Source of the DNA: Trichoplax sp. H2
Taxonomy: Eukaryota
Reading direction: 5' to 3'
DNA: 64,000 nt
Assembly (NCBI GenBank): GCA_003344405.1
Contig: NOWV01000002.1
Coordinates: 1,116,001 to 1,180,000, forward strand
In this document: positions 59,144 through 64,000 of the stretch, in pieces
How the letters are laid out: every line of letters begins with the position of its first letter
Numbering within the stretch: position 1 is the stretch's first letter
Notes under the pieces: generated by a model
Seen by the model: the letters and a program-made list of their open reading frames with translations, nothing else
Database searches by the model: none
Told to the model about the DNA's origin: nothing
Translations under genes and position numbers: made by a program

Positions 59144-61494
59144 GTTGTAGTAGACGTGGATCAAATATAGCTACTGTACAGGAAAAAAATCAGTCAAGAA
59201 TATGTTCTATTATCATACTGGAAGAAGTAAGAATACTGTACTATTTTAATCGTCTTGCATTTAAGCATCATCTCAGTTATAAATACAATACCACAGAAAT
59301 TGTTGTACAGTAGATAAAAAGGTTGAATGTTTGACTACTTTGTAGAACGCTGGTCATACTCTACATACTGTATATACTTTAATGTATAGTACAATTCTAA
59401 CATCCATGCACACAGTGCTCTATACACGTTTCTCATTTCTTTCTAAAGTATTCACAAAGCATCGATCGGCACTTTTATTGGCAAAATGCACTACGATCTT
59501 GAAGAGTCAATAAAATAATAATGTATAATATAAACATATCTCATGTAACCTAGATTGATTGGTAAGTTCAACACTTTAACGAAATTGTAGACATTATAAA
59601 GATAATTGATCGTACACAACATGAATTGTATAGTCTGCCATTAATTAGACAAGCATTTAAAAATAATGATGAATGATAGAGAAGTTAAGTGTTGCTATTT
59701 ATTGTACTGTACATATGCTTACACTGCACAGTTTTCAATGTAGTACAGAGCGAACGTTCTAGTAACCGCTAAAATTACTGAATAGTTGGCATTAATCAGT
59801 TCAGATATCTGTAAACTTTGTACTGTATATGAGTAGAAAAATAACTTTTACTTTCTTTTGTGAGATGAAGATACCATGCAGTAGTACTACGGTGTAAATT
59901 TATCAATACACGTAGTCAAGAGAGAGAGAGCACACTAAGCTTCAATACTTTGAGATCTACGTATACATTGAATAGCACACCGAAGAATTTACGCGTACAT
60001 ACTGTATGATCACTATCGAATTAAGTGGTATTTTTCAATTGTGTAACTGTATTTAATTACAAGTGTTGTTTTAAAGTCATTGCCACCATAATTCTTCTAT
60101 GCAATACACCCAATTATATGCGTACTGTATATTCTAAATCAAGCGATTTTAAGGTTTTAAATTCAATTTCTTTAGCGTTCTTCCAGTACAATCATAACTT
60201 TTGTCATTGCAATTCAATTTTTTGAAAAGGTTACAACTCTACTAGAGAACACTCAAGAAATGTTTGTATTTCACTTCTAAATAGCTTGATTTTGATACGG
60301 AAACCTTATTTGATTAATTATTGATGTTGGGTTTGCGTTGGCCCAACTAAATTGATAATAGCGTACGTATGCATGCATCAGGATACAATGTTACTTACTT
60401 ATGGGTACTTATGGGTGATGAAGATAATACATAGAATATCAAGACACAGATACAACAGTGGCAACACAAGTTGTTGATCTCAAAGTGTAATAGGAAGTAT
60501 GAATATGGAATATGATAAGCAGGTAGTTTAACGCATGGTGCAAATGACGATGATACCATTCCAATATTATAGTGATTACAAAGTCACTTTTAGTTGGATA
60601 TGGTTATGAACGCAATTGAAGAAGTAGATTACCATGAAGTTGTACAATGATCGACATGAATCGATTGCGAAGTGGCACGATGGAGGTTGTGAGACAAGGA
60701 GAGGATATGAAAGAAGTATTCGATACCCTCGTTAATCCACAAATTCTACCTCGTCGCTCACTATTCGGTAGAACTACCTTCTACTACCTGTTTCTGTACT
60801 GCTCTAATTAGTACTAATCTACCCATTGATCCAGTAGAGAATTTGTGATCAACGTACAACATGTCTAAATTTTACTTTCTAGTTATTTTAGCTCAATTCA
60901 GTACCCATCATGGACTACTAGAAACGCATATATCCATGGTATCACTCCATTACGCGTACTTTTGATTCATAAATAATCCCTTGTAGGCTTTTACTGTATG
61001 CACAAAACATACGTATAGTACTTCCATCCCTGAATTAATTGAAGCAATTTTACGCTTTGAGTTTGTTATGGTCATAGCAAGAAATGCCATACCAGTACCA
61101 GGTGTTAAAAATAAGAGCAATCTTGTTTTGAAAACAGTACAAACGGATTAATATAAAATTTCATTTGTTCTACTCATTATTCTACGTACATTATTCCCCT
61201 TGAATGCAATGCTGTTCCTGTAATGTTGAGAAAAGTACAAATTGAATTTATATGCAATTGATGGCATTCAATAGGGAATTCTTTATGAATAGAATGTCGC
61301 AAGTTCCCAGTGAATAGCGTGTATACAGGGTCTAAAAGGTAGTGGCCATTCCAGTACTGTAAGACGGAATGTTAAGAGTGATGGAAAGGCTTGATTTGAT
61401 CACTAAGTGGCTTTTCCTTTCAGTGGTCAATCATACTGCAGAGACAGTATAGTACACTACTAGACGTAGTTAGCAATCCCTCGTTGCACACGAG

Positions 61495-62346
61495 TATGGT
61501 TATACTAGACGAATAATCATTTTTGGATACATGATTGGCTTCAAGTTGGCAAGGAGCTACGTAAATGGTTTACCTGCCATTGCTTTGTCATTTCGTGACC
61601 GAGATTATGCATGGAGAGCCTTGGTTATTATATGTGATACAGGATTTGGCTCTACCTGTAAGAATTCTATTGTAGGCTATGGCTTATACTACACGAATAA
61701 TCATTCTTTTGACACATCGTTGGCAATGAGCTCCGTAAATGCTTTACCTGTCATTGCTTTGTCATTTCATGACCGAGAGCCTTGATTATTATATGTTATA
61801 GAAGATTTTGCTATACATGTATGAATTCTATTGTAGGCTATGGCTTATACTACATGAATAATCATTTTTTGTGACACATCGTTGGCTTTAAGCTGGCAAT
61901 GAGCTCCGTAAATGGTTTACCTGTCATTGCTTTGTCATTTCATGACCGAGAGCCTTGATTATTATACTGTATGTTATAGAAGATTTTGCTATACATGTAT
62001 GAATTCTATTGTAGGCTATGGCTTATACTACATGAATAATCATTTTTTTGACACATCGTTGGCAATGAGCTCCGTAAATGCTTTACCTGTCATTGCTTTG
62101 TCATTTCATGACCAAGAGCCTTGATTATTATATGTTATAGAAGATTTTGCTATACATGTATGAATTCTATTGTAGGCTATGGCTTATACTACATGAATAA
62201 TCATTTTTTTGATACATCGTTGGCAATGAGCTCCGTAAATGCTTTACCTGCCATTGCTTTGTCATTTCATTACTGAGATTATGCATGGAGAACCTTGATT
62301 ATTGTATGTTATAGGAGATTTTGCTATACCTGTATGAATTCTATTG
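61495..62346. repeat. ~160-185-bp tandem repeat, ~5 copies
   Basis: GAATTCTATTGTAGGCTATGGCTTATACTACA.GAATAATCATT...GGCAATGAGCTCCGTAAATG.TTTACCTG.CATTGCTTTGTCATTTC repeats. It explains ORFs 61531..61785 and 61912..62124. Confidence 0.93.
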
Positions 62347-62365
62347 CAAACTCGAGAGTATCGAT

Positions 62366-62410
62366 GCCATTTCCGTACGTTGAGTACGGAAATGGCGCAT
62401 TACTTACTAG
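62366..62410 (+). other. Perfect 13-bp-stem hairpin followed 10 nt later by CTAG (Helitron-like 3' terminus candidate)
   Basis: GCCATTTCCGTAC-GTTGA-GTACGGAAATGGC at 62366-62396 and CTAG at 62407-62410. The hairpin is certain; the Helitron reading is tentative. Confidence 0.45.
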
Positions 62411-63900
62411 GAAAATGTTGCAGACTGTGAACTCTGTGCCGTGACCGCGTACTACGTTCTACAGACAGCATGGAAAATGAGTGCTGCTTCCGCACTTGAG
62501 TGGAGCCATGGTCTTTCTCAATCGATCCAAATGCATCATGATCACTATTTACCTATTGGCTATCGGTAATATCTACTTTAAATTGATAGTTTTTACTATT
62601 ATGATGCATCGGCAGCTACTAATGCTACTCTACGCTATGGACTGTAGACATGAATCCTACAAATGATCATTCAAAATACCGGACATGGCATCCCTTTCTG
62701 TATTTGTCTGCTATTCTATGGCGGCTTTATTGACGATGACAAAGTTGAACACTGGATTTGCATCGTATAGTAAAAGTGTTGGAAGTGTTCAACCGATGCA
62801 AAACAATACCAATGTTCAAGTCAGTTGAAAGTGGACAGATATAGACTAACTTTCACGTTGAGTGAGCTTACAAGTAAGGAAAGAAAATTCAGTTCATTAT
62901 CAAGAGGGGAAAATGGATAGCGACGAGCATAACAGTCGCATCGCTGTATGGTACATGTGTAAGTATTGTAGGGTAGAGTATAGCAGCCATTGGCAATGTT
63001 ATGACACTCTTCAAGTATACTTGCATCAGGGAAAAAGCAGAGTAATAATTAGGGACTACTAAGCCCTTGATAGGATTGTAGCAATGCTGCCCTAACCGCA
63101 AGTTCTTGCTAATACTGCAGGAATAGTAGTATACTTGAAAAAGTCAGCAGTAACAATGGTTAGTCATGATATCGTCGTCAATCGATCGGACATGACTGCC
63201 CAAGGGATTGAATAAGAAAGGCTAACCATTAGTCCAGTAGGGTAAAGGCGAGTATTTTCAAGGTAAAATAGTCCGAAGAAAAGGAGATGAGATACTGTAA
63301 ATTGGAATTGTTGTTTGAGGATTGCAACACCATGGTGCTACAAGGTCTAGTCACTAGTGAGTTTAAAGGATAGCGTAGCACTCTACGAGTCCGATACAAA
63401 TTCAAGTTGGCTATCGAAAGTGGTCAATCGCGACTCATTTTGAGTATCTTCCTTCTTCAGGAAATTTAGCTGCAAACTGAAAATTCAACGTGTATCATTG
63501 CATAATGTGCCATTAGTCTCTCTACAATCGACTACATACTGCAAGTAAATTTCAAGTAGTTGCTCCATGTGATTAGAGTAGCGTTTTCATTGTCGTAGCT
63601 GACATCTTACGCTACTGCGAGCCTGATGTTGACACATAACGTGATTTGATGGAGTACTTACGTCGTTGGCAAAAGGGAGAGATGTTGCTAGCACAGGTTT
63701 TACTTGAAGGCAAGACTTGTATCGATGATATCAGCAAGAATTTGGCGATTCTTGACGCCACTTTACCAGTAGCAATCTCTTGAAAGCAGTAAAATCAATC
63801 TTTCGCCAGAAAAGATTTTCTCGCCTATTTGGACATACTATAGGACAGCACAGTCAAGAATCTTCTGCTTCGCCTACAGTCCTCTTCAGCACGACCTTAC

Positions 63901-64000
63901 CGTATGCAGTACACAACACTGTACACTGTACACTGTAGCGGCAAGGAGGGAAAGCTGGGAAATCCACAAGATCACGTGTCCTACGGTACATTGTACACTG
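63901..64000 (-). promoter_or_regulatory. Putative non-coding first exon/promoter of the HDGFL2-like gene
   Basis: Minus-strand donor ACG|GTAAGG at 63901/63900 and an acceptor TTTTTTTCCTGTACAG at ~59174, just upstream of the ATG. The segment is GC-richer, with ACACTGT x3 and a CACGTG. Confidence 0.35.

Noticed and set aside
1..64000. tRNA, rRNA, snRNA genes or autonomous transposons
   Set aside because: None recognised by eye; a covariance-model scan (tRNAscan-SE, Infernal/Rfam) would be needed to exclude small RNAs.

Overview
AT-rich, intron-dense animal genomic DNA with short GT-AG introns and two 20-N assembly gaps. The gene style suggests a compact early-branching metazoan genome such as the placozoan Trichoplax; this is an inference, not shown by the sequence. 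Three protein-coding genes can be spliced by hand. (1) 9152-39039 (+): a giant gene of 68 coding exons, about 4,330 aa, with the order signal peptide, FCGBP/IgGFc-binding N-terminal domain, Ig x10, FN3 x5, Ig x5, FN3 x5, Ig, HRM, GAIN/GPS, adhesion-GPCR 7TM, low-complexity linker, then two tandem catalytically dead protein-tyrosine-phosphatase domains (D1, D2). This is an apparent adhesion GPCR / receptor-PTP chimera and the standout finding; much of it is invisible in the ORF track. (2) Rab27, 42586-52456 (+), 4 coding exons. (3) A PWWP + integrase-binding-domain gene of the HDGFL2/LEDGF family, 59143-55362 (-), 10 coding exons. The rest is non-coding, with many local tandem repeats, TACAGT/ACTGTA clusters near inferred 5' ends, and a hairpin+CTAG resembling a Helitron 3' end. 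All exon boundaries are manual predictions without transcript evidence.
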